Of a stretch of DNA of 64,000 nucleotides, positions 9,926 through 20,017 are shown one piece after another. This DNA is from an uncultured Candidatus Rokubacteria bacterium (GTDB lineage Bacteria > Methylomirabilota > Methylomirabilia > Rokubacteriales > DASRDR01). The stretch is taken from NCBI GenBank assembly GCA_963708025.1, contig CAVPSB010000018.1, positions 1 through 64,000 of the forward strand, read 5' to 3'. The notes below the pieces were generated by a model. The model saw nothing but the letters and a program-made list of their open reading frames with translations, did no database searches and was not told where the DNA came from. Each line of letters starts with the position of its first letter. The first letter of the stretch is position 1. The position numbers were made by a program, and so were the translations under genes.

Positions 9926-11041
9926 TCACGGGACGGCGGCGGAGACCTCCGGCGAGGGCACCGATTCGTTGGCACGCCGCCCGCGGTCCACGGCGGTGAC
10001 GACGTAGTAGTACGTCTGGCCGGGCCGGGCCGTGGTGTCGACGTACGTGGTCGCCGTCTGCAGCTCGGAGGTCAGCGGCTGATGCCCGCGCCCGGCCGTG
10101 GCGCTGCGATAGACCCGGTAGCCGGCCAGGTCGGGGTCGCTCACGCCTTCCCAGGCCAGGCGCACCGTCGCCCCGGCGACCACCGCGACGAGCCCGCGGG
10201 GCTGGGCAGGCGGGGTCTGGTCCTCGGGGGTCGCCGCCACCACGTCGGTCGGCCGGCTGGCCGGGCCGCCCGGCCCCACCTGGGCGCGCACCGAGTAGAA
10301 GTAGGTGGCGTCGTTCTGCACGCCGAGGTCGACGTACGAGGGCGCGGGAATCGGCTCGGGGTTGATCGGGCGTGCCGGGCGGGCGTCGGGCGCGGTGGTG
10401 CGGAAGACGTTGTAGACGAGGTCCCCGGCGGCGGGCGAGCCGTCCTCCAGGGTGCCGGGCGGGGTCCAGGTGAGTCGCACCTCGCGGTCGCCGGCGGCGG
10501 CGGCGAGGGCGACCGGCGCCTTCGGCGGGGCCGTCACCGCGACGGCCACGCGGTTGGACGGCGGGCTCGGCCGGCCCTGGGCATCGACCGCGACCACCAC
10601 GTAGGTGTAGCGCTGCCCGAAGGTCAGGCCCTGGGCGTCGATGTACCGGACCTGGCTGCCGGCGACCTCGACCGTGGGCGCGGCCGGCGGCTCCGCCAGC
10701 ACGATGTTGGCGACGCGGTCGAAACCCGGCACCTCTCCCGGCGGACCGAAGAGGCCGCCAAAGGTCAGGACGGCCGGGCGGGGAGGCGTCGCAGCCTCGC
10801 CCGTCTCGGGGCGTCGGTACACCTCGACCCGCCGCAATTCCTTCACGGGGCTCCGATCCACACGCAGCCGGGGGAGGGTCCACGACAGGCGGACCCCCTC
10901 GCTGGCGACCGTCGCCGAGAGGTCAGCGACCGCGGCCGGCAGCCGCCGCTCCGGCGCCACCGGGGGGCCCTTCCGGCCGCAGGCGGCGAGGGCGAGGGGG
11001 ACCAGCAACAGCGTCAGGGCTGCGCGCGCGAGGATCGTCAC
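9926..11041 (-). CDS. Lipoprotein with LptM/YifL-like N-terminus and fibronectin type III repeats
   Basis: Lipobox LAAC then GRKGPP; repeated LxW...YxVYR...YxD...YxYxVxAV FN3 patterns; GTGA overlap with argH. Confidence 0.85.
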   Translation of the reverse strand: MTILARAALTLLLVPLALAACGRKGPPVAPERRLPAAVADLSATVASEGVRLSWTLPRLRVDRSPVKELRRVEVYRRPETGEAATPPRPAVLTFGGLFGPPGEVPGFDRVANIVLAEPPAAPTVEVAGSQVRYIDAQGLTFGQRYTYVVVAVDAQGRPSPPSNRVAVAVTAPPKAPVALAAAAGDREVRLTWTPPGTLEDGSPAAGDLVYNVFRTTAPDARPARPINPEPIPAPSYVDLGVQNDATYFYSVRAQVGPGGPASRPTDVVAATPEDQTPPAQPRGLVAVVAGATVRLAWEGVSDPDLAGYRVYRSATAGRGHQPLTSELQTATTYVDTTARPGQTYYYVVTAVDRGRRANESVPSPEVSAAVP

Positions 11042-12435
11042 GGCGCTTCCAGCAGGGCGCGGGCTTCTGCCAGCTCCTGGAGCACCGCCTTGGGCCCCGT
11101 GCCGCCGTAGACGTTCCGCGCGGCCAGGGACGCCTCCACGCTCACCGCCTCGCGGAAGTCGAGCTCGAAGAGCGGCGACAGCGCCCGCAGCTCTTCCAGC
11201 GGAAGCTCGTGGAGTCCGACACCCCGGCCGAGGGCCAGGGCGACGGCCTTGCCGACCACCGCGTGAGCCGACCGGAAGGGGAGGCCCTTGCGAACCAGGT
11301 AGTCGGCGAGGTCGGTCGCGGTCGAGTAGCTCTCGCCGGCCAGCGTCCGGAGGCGCTCCGGCCGGAAGCGGAGCGCACGCAGGAAGGGGGCCAGGATGCC
11401 GAGGCACGCCCGCACCGTGTCGGCCGCGTCGAAGAACGCCTCCTTGTCCTCCTGCATGTCGGAGTGGTACGCGAGTGGCAGGCCCTTCATCACCGTCAGC
11501 AGGCGCACCAGGTCGCCGTAGACGCGCCCCGTCTTGCCTCGGATCAGCTCGGCGATGTCCGGGTTCTTCTTCTGCGGCATGATCGACGAGCCGGTCGAGT
11601 AGGCGTCGGGCAGCTCGACGAAGCCGAATTCCGCCGACGCCCACAGGACGATCTCCTCGCAGAGGCGCGACAGGTGCATGGCCAGGATGGCAGCCGCCGC
11701 ACAGAACTCGATGGCGAAGTCGCGGTCGGCGATGGCATCCAGGCTGTTGGGGCTCGGGGCCGCGAAGCCGAGGTCGCGGGCCAGGGCGTGGCGGTCGAGC
11801 GGCACCGTCGTCCCCGCCAGCGCGGCGGCCCCCAGCGGCAGGACGTCCAGGCGCCGCCGGGCGTCGGCGAAGCGCCCCCGATCGCGCTGGAGCATGAAGA
11901 CGTAGGCGAGCAGATGGTGGCCCAGCACGATCGGCTGGGCCCGCTGCAGGTGCGTGTAGCCGGGCATGGGCAACTCGCGGTGGCGCTCGGCCTGCTCGAC
12001 GAGGGCCGCCTGCACCTCACGCAGCGCCGCCTGGATCGCCCCGATCTCCTCCCGGAGCCACAGCCGCATGTCGACGGCGATCTGGTCGTTCCGCGAGCGA
12101 CCGGTGTGGAGCTTCCCGCCGACGGGCCCGATCGTCTCGATGAGCCGCTGCTCGATGTTCATGTGGACGTCTTCCAGCTCGATCCGGAACGGGAAGGCGC
12201 CACTCTCCAGCTCGCCCCGGACCGTGGCCAGGCCGCCCAAGATGGCGTCCAGCTCGGCTTGCGTCAGCACGCCGCTCGTCGCCAGCGCGCGAGCCCACGC
12301 CTCGCTGCCCTGGAGATCGTACGGCCAGAGGCGGTGATCGAACGGCAGCGAGGCGGTGAACGACTGGGCGCCCCGGTCGGCCGCCTCGCCGAACCGCCCG
12401 CTCCGGGCCGCACCCGGCCGCCAGTCCGCCGTCAC
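11038..12435 (-). CDS. argH: Argininosuccinate lyase
   Basis: HTGRSRNDQ, PGYTHLQRAQP, GSSIMPQKKNPD. Confidence 0.97.
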   Translation of the reverse strand: MTADWRPGAARSGRFGEAADRGAQSFTASLPFDHRLWPYDLQGSEAWARALATSGVLTQAELDAILGGLATVRGELESGAFPFRIELEDVHMNIEQRLIETIGPVGGKLHTGRSRNDQIAVDMRLWLREEIGAIQAALREVQAALVEQAERHRELPMPGYTHLQRAQPIVLGHHLLAYVFMLQRDRGRFADARRRLDVLPLGAAALAGTTVPLDRHALARDLGFAAPSPNSLDAIADRDFAIEFCAAAAILAMHLSRLCEEIVLWASAEFGFVELPDAYSTGSSIMPQKKNPDIAELIRGKTGRVYGDLVRLLTVMKGLPLAYHSDMQEDKEAFFDAADTVRACLGILAPFLRALRFRPERLRTLAGESYSTATDLADYLVRKGLPFRSAHAVVGKAVALALGRGVGLHELPLEELRALSPLFELDFREAVSVEASLAARNVYGGTGPKAVLQELAEARALLEAP

Positions 12436-13160
12436 GGCGCGCTCGCCGACGCGGGCACCGAGCCACCGTCGCCCAGCAAGGCGGCGATCTCCGCCATGAT
12501 CCGCGCTGTCACGTCTTCCCGGTCCCGCTGGGTCACCGGCCGGCGTCCGGGGGCGGTGAAGCGGAGCGCCCGGCCGAAGCGCACGCGGATCGGCACACGC
12601 CGCGGGATGTGCCACCGGCGCGCGGCGAGGGCGTGAAAGGTCCCTGTGATCGCGGCCGGCACGACGGGCACCCCGGCCCGGATCGCGACCAGCGCCACCC
12701 CCGGCTGACCGCGGACCAGCCGGCCGTCCCGGCTGAACGGGCCCTCCGGGAAGATGCCGACGACACCGCCGTCTTCCAGCACGCGGAGGGCGCGCCGGAT
12801 CGCGCCGGGATCGGGTCGCGCGAGCTCGATCGGGATCGAGCCCACCTGGCGATGGAAGTAGGGGTGGAACGGCGTCGCCCGGTAGACGCGCGGCATGACG
12901 AGGAAGACGATCTGGCGCGGTAGCGCGGCGCCGAGCACCACGCCGTCCAGGTAGTTGGCGTGGTTCGCCGCGACGAGGAAGGGACCGGAGGTCGGCAGGT
13001 GATCGAGGCCCGACACCTGGAAATGGAAGAAGCGCCGAAGGATCGGCCGGACCACGGAGCGCAGCCCGGCGTACAGGGGGGGCAGGCGATGGAAGACCTC
13101 GGCTGGCTCGACGGAGGCGGAGAGCGTGGCCGACGGCGTCTGCCCGTGGGTCTGACTCAT
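12432..13160 (-). CDS. plsC: 1-acyl-sn-glycerol-3-phosphate acyltransferase family
   Basis: NHxxxxD (NHANYLD) and IFPEG motifs. Confidence 0.8.
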   Translation of the reverse strand: MSQTHGQTPSATLSASVEPAEVFHRLPPLYAGLRSVVRPILRRFFHFQVSGLDHLPTSGPFLVAANHANYLDGVVLGAALPRQIVFLVMPRVYRATPFHPYFHRQVGSIPIELARPDPGAIRRALRVLEDGGVVGIFPEGPFSRDGRLVRGQPGVALVAIRAGVPVVPAAITGTFHALAARRWHIPRRVPIRVRFGRALRFTAPGRRPVTQRDREDVTARIMAEIAALLGDGGSVPASASAP

Positions 13161-13263
13161 CGGGATCGAGTCCACGACGGGTTATAGCACCTGTCAACGC
13201 ATCGACGCAAGGCCGGGCGGCGCTCACGCGTGCGAGACGCCGCCGCATGCCCGGCGGTCGGGC

Positions 13264-14319
13264 TCATGCCCCTCCGCCCCGCCCCCGGGCCTGCCGGTAC
13301 CGGGCCACCGCCTGGTTGTGCTCATCCAGCGTGGCCGAGAAGTGATGGCGGCGGTCGTCGATGGACACGAAGTAGAGGTACGGCACGCTGGCGGGCGCGA
13401 GGGCCGCGTCGATGGACGCGCGCCCGGGGTTGGCGATGGGACCCGGCGGCAGCCCGCGATGGCGGTACGTGTTGAACCGATGGTCCACCTGGAGGTCCTC
13501 CCGCGTCGGGGCTCGTCCATCCTTGCCCACGGCGTAGGCGACGGTCGGATCCGCCTGGAGCGGCATGTCCCGGCGGAGACGGTTCCAGAAGACCCCCGCG
13601 ATCAGCGGCCGCTCGTCGGGGACGACGGCCTCCTTCTCGATGATGGAGGCCAGCGTCACCAGCGCGTGCAGGCTGAGCCCGCGGGCGGAGGCCTGCGCCT
13701 GCACCTCGGGCGTCCCGACCTTCTCGCGGAATCGCTGCACCATCCGGCCGAGGATCTCCTCGACCCGCATGCCCCGGGTGACCTGGTACGTGTCGGGGAA
13801 GAGATAGCCTTCCAGCGAGTCGGCGTCGATGCCGAGGCCCTGGGTGAAGAACGGGTCGGAGGCCACGCGCAGCACGTCGGCCGCCAAGGCGATCCTCTCG
13901 GTCTCGAGCTGCCGCGCCAGCTCCCGGACGGTGAAGCCCTCGGGCAGCACGATCAGGTGTGGCTTGACCTTGCCCGCCTCGATGAGCCGGAGGGTCGTCA
14001 GGAGAGAGGCGCCCTGGGGGATCTCGTACTCGCCGGCCTTCAGGGAGCGGGCGGTGCCACGGAGGACGGCCAGCGTCACGAACCCGAGCCGGCTCCGGAT
14101 CACCTCCGCCTCCGCCAGGATGCGGGCCACGCCGAGGAGTCCCTGCTGCGGCGGGATCTCCACGGTCCGCGGGCCGCCGCGCAGCGTCGGGGGCGGGATG
14201 ATCGCCCGGCCGGCCTCGAAGGCCGCGAGGGCCAGGAGCGCGAGGCCGACCAGCGCGACGACTCGCCTGCGTCGCGGCCGGCGGTCCGCGGCGAGCGGAG
14301 ACGGCGCGTTATCGCCCAT
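13264..14319 (-). CDS. mltG: Endolytic murein transglycosylase
   Basis: LEGYLFPDTY, ASIIEKE, LQADPTV, GLPPGPIANPG; start uncertain. Confidence 0.93.
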   Translation of the reverse strand: MGDNAPSPLAADRRPRRRRVVALVGLALLALAAFEAGRAIIPPPTLRGGPRTVEIPPQQGLLGVARILAEAEVIRSRLGFVTLAVLRGTARSLKAGEYEIPQGASLLTTLRLIEAGKVKPHLIVLPEGFTVRELARQLETERIALAADVLRVASDPFFTQGLGIDADSLEGYLFPDTYQVTRGMRVEEILGRMVQRFREKVGTPEVQAQASARGLSLHALVTLASIIEKEAVVPDERPLIAGVFWNRLRRDMPLQADPTVAYAVGKDGRAPTREDLQVDHRFNTYRHRGLPPGPIANPGRASIDAALAPASVPYLYFVSIDDRRHHFSATLDEHNQAVARYRQARGRGGGA

Positions 14320-14400
14320 GGCGGACGGCGACCCGGCAACCCGGGGAACGCCCGGGGCCGAACGGCCGATCACGTGGCCGGTCGGTTGAAATCACGTTTG

Positions 14401-14430
14401 ATTCTAGGAGGCTCCGGGGGTGGCTGTCAA
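14401..14430 (-). promoter_or_regulatory. sigma70-like promoter for mltG operon
   Basis: Minus strand TTGACA-N18-TAGAAT. Confidence 0.55.
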
Positions 14431-14461
14431 CCGAGCTCTTTCCTCCCGGCATCTCGAGGGC

Positions 14462-14467
14462 TATAAT
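14462..14467 (+). promoter_or_regulatory. -10 box upstream of rpoA copy
   Basis: Perfect TATAAT in a very GC-rich context, 57 nt before the ATG; -35 weak. Confidence 0.45.
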
Positions 14468-14523
14468 CTAGGTTCGTCTTCGCGTTCGACTCGTTTCGAC
14501 CCTTCTGTACAGATGGAGGCCGC

Positions 14524-15516
14524 ATGACGACGGTTCAGCTCCCGCGCAAGCACGAGTGGCAGGACCTCGAGGCCGAGCACGGCCGGTTCGTTGTCGAGCC
14601 CTTCGAGCCGGGCTTCGGTCTCACGATCGGCAACGCGTTCCGCCGGGTCCTCCTCTCGTCGATCGAGGGCGCCGCGCCCACCTGGGTCAAGATCGAGAAC
14701 GTCCTCCACGAGTTCTCCTTCCTGCCCGGCATGGTCGACGACACCCTCGACGTGTTGAACAACATCCGCAAGGTCGTGTTCAAGCTCCACGGGGAGCGGA
14801 GCCGGCTCATCCAGCTCCGGGCGACGGGCCCCGGCGAGGTCAAGGCCTCCGATTTCCAGACGGACGCCGACATCGAGGTGCTGAACGGGGATCGGCATCT
14901 GGCCACGCTGGACCGCGAGTCCGTGCTCGCGATGGAAGTGCAGGTCGAGAAGGGGCGGGGCTACGTCCCGGCCGAGAAGCGCGAGCTGGAGGGCCTGCCG
15001 GTCAACGCGCTGGTCCTGGACGCGGACTTCTCCCCGGTCCAGCGGGTCAATTTCCAGGTCGAGCCGTCGAAGCGGCACCCGGGGGCGGAGCGGCTCGTCC
15101 TCGAGATCTGGACGAACGGCAGCGTCACGCCGGAGGACGCGGTCGGCGAGGCCGCGCTGATCCTGGAGGACCACTTCAACCTGCTCAGCCGCTTCCCGCA
15201 GGGCGTGGAGCCGGAGGAAGAGGCGCCGATCGAGACCGAGAAGGTCGAGCTGAACGAGAACCTCTTCCGGAGCGTGGACGAGCTGGAGCTGTCAGTCCGC
15301 GCGTACAACTGTCTGAAGACCGCGAACATTCGGACCATCGCCGACCTGGTCCAGAAGAGCGAGGCCGAGCTCCTGAAGACCAAGAACTTCGGGAAGAAGT
15401 CCCTCAACGAGATCAAGGCGATTCTCGGGGAGATGGGGCTCTCGCTCGGCATGCGGCTCGATCCCGCCGAGCTCGAGCGGCTCAGGGCCCAGCGCGAGCG
15501 CGCCTTCGAGGCGTAG
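14524..15516 (+). CDS. rpoA: RNA polymerase alpha subunit (orphan copy)
   Basis: [33 protein letters not shown], alpha-[15 protein letters not shown]...[11 protein letters not shown]. Confidence 0.95.
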   Translation: MTTVQLPRKHEWQDLEAEHGRFVVEPFEPGFGLTIGNAFRRVLLSSIEGAAPTWVKIENVLHEFSFLPGMVDDTLDVLNNIRKVVFKLHGERSRLIQLRATGPGEVKASDFQTDADIEVLNGDRHLATLDRESVLAMEVQVEKGRGYVPAEKRELEGLPVNALVLDADFSPVQRVNFQVEPSKRHPGAERLVLEIWTNGSVTPEDAVGEAALILEDHFNLLSRFPQGVEPEEEAPIETEKVELNENLFRSVDELELSVRAYNCLKTANIRTIADLVQKSEAELLKTKNFGKKSLNEIKAILGEMGLSLGMRLDPAELERLRAQRERAFEA

Positions 15517-15517
15517 G

Positions 15518-15717
15518 GGGCGGGGCCGAGGAGCGTCGCAACGTTCATCTCGGTCGGGACGCACTCGGCCTGGCGGCCTCGCGTCCGTCCCGACCTATGG
15601 TCGTCCTCGGTCGTCGCCGATCCTCGGCGTACTCGGAGTACGCCTGCGGTCGGCGACTCCCTGCGTCCATCGGACGGCCTTCGGCCTGTGGGCGCTGCTC
15701 GCTCCTCGGCCCCGCCC
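15518..15717. repeat. ~200-bp palindromic intergenic repeat (MITE-like), copy 2, uninterrupted
   Basis: Terminal inverted repeats GGGCGGGGCCGAGGAGCG/CGCTCCTCGGCCCCGCCC; central hairpin GGCGTACTC-GGAGTACGCC. Confidence 0.85.
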
Positions 15718-15781
15718 GCGACAGGCCTGACCCTTCTGCTACTCCTGACGCGTCGAGGAACGTAGCAGGCTCCTCGACTAG

Positions 15782-18115
15782 TCAGGGCGCGCCGCGTAGC
15801 AGGATCTCCTCGACCTGGGCGGGTCGAGCCCAGCGGCGTAGCGTGAGCCGCTCGGCGTCGCTCGTCACCTCCACCGCGCCGTCGGCGTCGGTGCGGTAGA
15901 GCACGGCGCCGGCGTCCGCCAGCCGGGCCAGCGCACCGGGGCTCGGATGGCCGAACGGGTTGCGGGCCCCGGCGGAGATCAGCGCGGCGCGCGGCGCGAC
16001 CGCAGCCAGGAAGGCCGGCGACGAGGCAAAGCGGCTGCCGTGGTGCCCCACCTTGAGGATGGGCGCGCCCAGCGGGAGCCCATCCGCCAGGAGCGACCGC
16101 TCGGCGACCGCCTCGGCATCGCCCGTCAGGAGCACCGCCGCCAGCCCCCACTCGACTTTCAGGACGAGCGAGGCATTGTTCTCGTCCGAGGACCAGCGGC
16201 CGTCGGCCGGGCCCGGCGGGTGGAGCGCGGTGACGAGCAGCGGGCCGAGCCAGAGCCGGTCGCCGCGGGCCAGCACCCGGCGGGGGACGCCGGATTCCAC
16301 GATGGGGCGCTGCCACTCGGCGTCCTCCGTCCCGGCCGGCACCCAGACGGCGTCGATCGGGAGGCCGTCGAGGAGACTTCGGAGGCCCCCGGCGTGATCC
16401 GGATCGCCGTGGGTCAGGACGAGCGCGCTGAGGCGCGCCACCCCGAGCCGCCGGAGCACGGGCAGGACGACGCGCTCCCCGCGGTCCGAGCGGCCCGGGC
16501 CACCCCCGCCGGTGTCCACGAGCATCGCCCGGCCGTCCGGTCCCTGGACGAGGATGGCGTCGCCCTGCCCGACGTCCAGCACGAGGACGTGAAGGCGCCC
16601 ATCCGGCAGGAAACCCGCCGCGGTCGCGACGACGGCCAGCCCCGCCAGCCCCGCCACGCAGAGCCGGCGGCAGAGGGTGGAGGCGCGCGGGACGAGCAGG
16701 AGGGCCCCGGCCACGGCGACGAGAGCGACGGCCGGCGGCGTCGGTGCGTGGATCATCGCGCCCGGGAGCGCGGCGCAGCCCCGCACCACGAGGCGAAGGC
16801 CCAGCAGCAGCGCCCACAGGCTCTGGAAGAGGAGGTGGGCCAGGCGCTCCCAGGCGGCGGCGAGGGCGACCGCCAGGAGGCCGAGCGTCGTCAGGGCCGC
16901 GGCCAGCGGCACCACGAGCAGGTTCGCCACCACGCCGATCAGCGAGAGCTGGTTCCAGGAGAGGAGCATGAGGGGGCTCACCGCGAGCTGGGCGCCGCCC
17001 GACACCGCCACCGCCGTCGCGACCACGGGCGGCCAGCGGGCTGGGAGCGCCCGCCGGATCGGCGGGCCGAGGCCGAGGATCCCGGCGGTGGCGGCGAACG
17101 ACAGCTGCAGTCCCGCATCGCCGAGGGCGCCGGGCTCCCAGGCGAGCAGCACGAGCAGCGCGGCCGCCAGGCTGTTCCAGGCGCCGCTCTCGCGGCCGAG
17201 GAGTTGTCCGCCGAGCACGAGGCCGGCCATCACCGTCGCCCGCAGCACCGAGGCCTGACCGCCGACCACCGCCGCGAAGCCGAGCAGGGTCGCGAGGGCC
17301 GCGGCGGCCGCGAGCCGCGCGGGCACCCGGAGGACGCGCAGCGCGACGAGCGTGGCGCCGGCGACCAGCCCCACGTTGAAGCCGGAAATGGCGAGGATGT
17401 GAAAGACCCCGGCGGCGCGGAAGTCCCCGACGAGGGTCGGCGGGAGCTGCCGGCGCTCGCCGATGAGGAGGCCCTCGAAGAGGGCGGCCGAGACCGGCGG
17501 GAGGTGTCGCTGCACCAGCTGGTGGACCCAGGCCCGCACGGCGAGCCACCAGGGCGCCCCGCCCGGGGCCAGGTGCTCCACCGATGCGCTGCGGCCGACA
17601 GCGATGAAGTGGGGTCCGCTCCGGTCGTGACCGAGGCCGGGTCCGCTGCCGGGATTGCGGAGCGGCCGCGCCTCGGCGAGCTCGACGGTGACGGCGATCC
17701 GATCGAGGGGGCTCAGCGGCGGGGCCGGGCCGTAAAGCAGCAGCGTGAGCTGGCCCCGAGCCGCCCGCTGCCCGGTCGCGTCGGCCGCCGTCTCCAGGAG
17801 CAGGGGGACCCGCGTCCGCGGGCCCTCCGGCTCGGGGTCACCGGTCACCAGTCCGGCCAGCCGTGTCGGGCCGCCTCGCAGGCCCTCCAGCGGCGGCCAC
17901 GGGTCGGGGAGGGCCACGCGCGCCCAGCCGGCCAGCGCGACGAGCACGAGCAGGCTCGCGCTCGCGGCCCCGAGCGCTCCGCGACGGATCGCGAGAGCGG
18001 CCGACCCGGCCAGGCCGAGCGCCGCCGCGAGCACCCACCCCGGCGGCGTGACCTCGAGCCCGAGCCACACGCCAGCGGCGAAGGCCAGCGCCAGGGGGAC
18101 GAGCGGCGCGCTCAC
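15782..18115 (-). CDS. comEC: DNA uptake protein ComEC/Rec2
   Basis: HILAISGFNV competence domain, DVGQGD and THGDPDHAGG beta-lactamase fold, KVGHHGS. Confidence 0.95.
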   Translation of the reverse strand: MSAPLVPLALAFAAGVWLGLEVTPPGWVLAAALGLAGSAALAIRRGALGAASASLLVLVALAGWARVALPDPWPPLEGLRGGPTRLAGLVTGDPEPEGPRTRVPLLLETAADATGQRAARGQLTLLLYGPAPPLSPLDRIAVTVELAEARPLRNPGSGPGLGHDRSGPHFIAVGRSASVEHLAPGGAPWWLAVRAWVHQLVQRHLPPVSAALFEGLLIGERRQLPPTLVGDFRAAGVFHILAISGFNVGLVAGATLVALRVLRVPARLAAAAALATLLGFAAVVGGQASVLRATVMAGLVLGGQLLGRESGAWNSLAAALLVLLAWEPGALGDAGLQLSFAATAGILGLGPPIRRALPARWPPVVATAVAVSGGAQLAVSPLMLLSWNQLSLIGVVANLLVVPLAAALTTLGLLAVALAAAWERLAHLLFQSLWALLLGLRLVVRGCAALPGAMIHAPTPPAVALVAVAGALLLVPRASTLCRRLCVAGLAGLAVVATAAGFLPDGRLHVLVLDVGQGDAILVQGPDGRAMLVDTGGGGPGRSDRGERVVLPVLRRLGVARLSALVLTHGDPDHAGGLRSLLDGLPIDAVWVPAGTEDAEWQRPIVESGVPRRVLARGDRLWLGPLLVTALHPPGPADGRWSSDENNASLVLKVEWGLAAVLLTGDAEAVAERSLLADGLPLGAPILKVGHHGSRFASSPAFLAAVAPRAALISAGARNPFGHPSPGALARLADAGAVLYRTDADGAVEVTSDAERLTLRRWARPAQVEEILLRGAP

Positions 18116-18735
18116 GGCGGCGTCCCCACGGGGTCGGGCGCCGAGCTCTGGCGGGAGGCTTCGCCGGCGACGTGAATCAGTGGCCGGAGGCGCCTGGCCC
18201 GGCGGGCCCCGAGCCCCGGAACGCTCGCGAAGTCGTCGAACGACGGGAAGCGTCCCCCGAGGTTGTCCCGGCGGGCCAGGATGCGCGCCGCCAGCCGCGC
18301 GCCGATCCCGGGCAGCCGGGTGAGGTCGTCCACCGTGGCGTGATCGAGATCGACCGGCCGCTCGGCGCTCGGTGGCGCTGTCCCGGGGGACCGCGGCTCA
18401 CCGCGCGCCTCGCGCTCCGCGCCCGGGGAGCGCCGGGGACGCGACGGCCGCGGGGCGGGTGGCACGAGCGGCGCCGGTGCCCGCGGCCGCGCGGGTCCCG
18501 CGACGACGGCGACCCGCAATGGCTCGGACTCCAGCCGGTCGAGGAGGGCCGGCGCGCGCCGATGCCACGCCTCGATCGCCAGCCCACCCAGCAGGCTGCC
18601 GGCGAGAAGGCCGACCACGACCAGCTCCTGCCGCCGGTAGGTGAGCGAGGCCAGGGCCGACGCCAGCCGGGCTCGGACCGCCTGCCACGCCCGCTCGAGC
18701 CATCGTGCGGATCGCATCGGCCCGGGCTCTCGCAT
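18112..18735 (-). CDS. comEA: ComEA-family helix-hairpin-helix DNA-binding protein
   Basis: N-terminal TM; DLxxA...LPGIG..LA.RI...VPGLG; upstream of comEC. Confidence 0.85.
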   Translation of the reverse strand: MREPGPMRSARWLERAWQAVRARLASALASLTYRRQELVVVGLLAGSLLGGLAIEAWHRRAPALLDRLESEPLRVAVVAGPARPRAPAPLVPPAPRPSRPRRSPGAEREARGEPRSPGTAPPSAERPVDLDHATVDDLTRLPGIGARLAARILARRDNLGGRFPSFDDFASVPGLGARRARRLRPLIHVAGEASRQSSAPDPVGTPP

Positions 18736-18828
18736 CGCGCGTGCCAGCCCCGGACGACGGCCAGATCACGCGGGCGCGCTCCTCCCCTGTCTCCAGGAGG
18801 AGACGGGGTGGATCGGAACGGAGACGGA

Positions 18829-19992
18829 TCAGGCGAAGGAAGCGGGTATGCGCCGGGGGAGCCGGCGGAGGACGACGACCGACCAGCCCGCCGCGAGCCC
18901 GGCGGTGAGCAGATAGGGCGCCGCGGGGCTGACCGTCTCCGCGACGTGACCCCCGAGGAGGCCGGCGAGGATGAACGAGAGCCCGCACGAGCCCTCAAAC
19001 AGGCCCATCGCCACCCCCCGGTCGGCCGGCGCGACGTGGTCGGCGACGAGGCCGACGCAGGTGGGCGCGCAGGCCCCGGCGGCGAGGCCGAGACCGACGG
19101 TCCCGAGCGCCAGGGCTGCCGTGCCCCACGGCGCCGCGACGAGGACCGCGCCCACCGCACTCGTCAGGAGCGCCGTGACGAGGACCACCGCCCGCCCCCA
19201 GCGGTCCGAGAGCCGGCCCGCGCCGAGCGACGCGGCGAAGCGCGCCACCCAGTACGACGACACCAGGAGGCCGATGCCCGAGGGCGGCAGCCCGCGGTCC
19301 GCGGCGTAGGCGGGGAGGAAGGCCAGCACGCTCCCGAGCCCGAACACGTAGGTGAAGCCGGTGCCGTAGGCCAGGAGTCGCACGCTCCGGCCGTCACGGC
19401 CCTCGAGGGCATCCGGCCGCGTCGCCGCCGCCTGGGCGTGGCCCTCCGGTCGGCGGCCTCCCGGCATGGCCAGGACCAGCCCGAGCGTGACCGCCGACGT
19501 CCCCAGGTATAGGGCGAAGGGTGTCCGCAGCCCGGCGACCTCGATCACGTAGCCGGCCGCCGCGGTGCCGATTACGAACGCCGCCGCGTAGGCCCCGTAG
19601 CCCACCCCCATCGCGCTTCCCGCGCGCCGGCCGAACTCCTCGGCGACCCAGGCCTGGATCGCCGGCCAGAACCCCGCCCAGCCGGCCGCCTCGAGGAGCT
19701 TCCCCGCGACGAGGCCCGAGACGCCGGTGGCGGCGAGGTAGCAGGCGGCGGCAGTCCCGACGCCGAGCGCCGCGACGAGGAGGAGCGTCCGCCGGCCGAA
19801 GCGGTCGGACGCGCGGCCCAGCGGGATCGTCAGCGCCGCGTAGGCGAGGCCGTGGGCGGCGCCGATCAGGCCGAGGTCCCGGTAGTCGGCGCCGAGGGTC
19901 CGGGCGTAGAGTGGCAGGCCGGGCGTGATGAGGCCGCCGCCCAGGTTGAAGACGAGCGTGATGAGGCCGAGACGGACCAGCGAAGCGGACAC
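18829..19992 (-). CDS. MFS transporter
   Basis: Multiple TM segments; GRASDRFGRR and GRLSDRWGR motif A. Confidence 0.9.
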   Translation of the reverse strand: MSASLVRLGLITLVFNLGGGLITPGLPLYARTLGADYRDLGLIGAAHGLAYAALTIPLGRASDRFGRRTLLLVAALGVGTAAACYLAATGVSGLVAGKLLEAAGWAGFWPAIQAWVAEEFGRRAGSAMGVGYGAYAAAFVIGTAAAGYVIEVAGLRTPFALYLGTSAVTLGLVLAMPGGRRPEGHAQAAATRPDALEGRDGRSVRLLAYGTGFTYVFGLGSVLAFLPAYAADRGLPPSGIGLLVSSYWVARFAASLGAGRLSDRWGRAVVLVTALLTSAVGAVLVAAPWGTAALALGTVGLGLAAGACAPTCVGLVADHVAPADRGVAMGLFEGSCGLSFILAGLLGGHVAETVSPAAPYLLTAGLAAGWSVVVLRRLPRRIPASFA

Positions 19993-20017
19993 GGGCGTCG
20001 CGGGTGAGGCGGGCCGG

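Noticed and set aside
5288-18175. Long antisense or alternate-frame ORFs (e.g. 5288-7147, 8909-11110, 14961-17549, 15947-18175)
   Set aside because: Shadow ORFs of GC-rich genes; Arg/Pro/Gly-rich with no motifs
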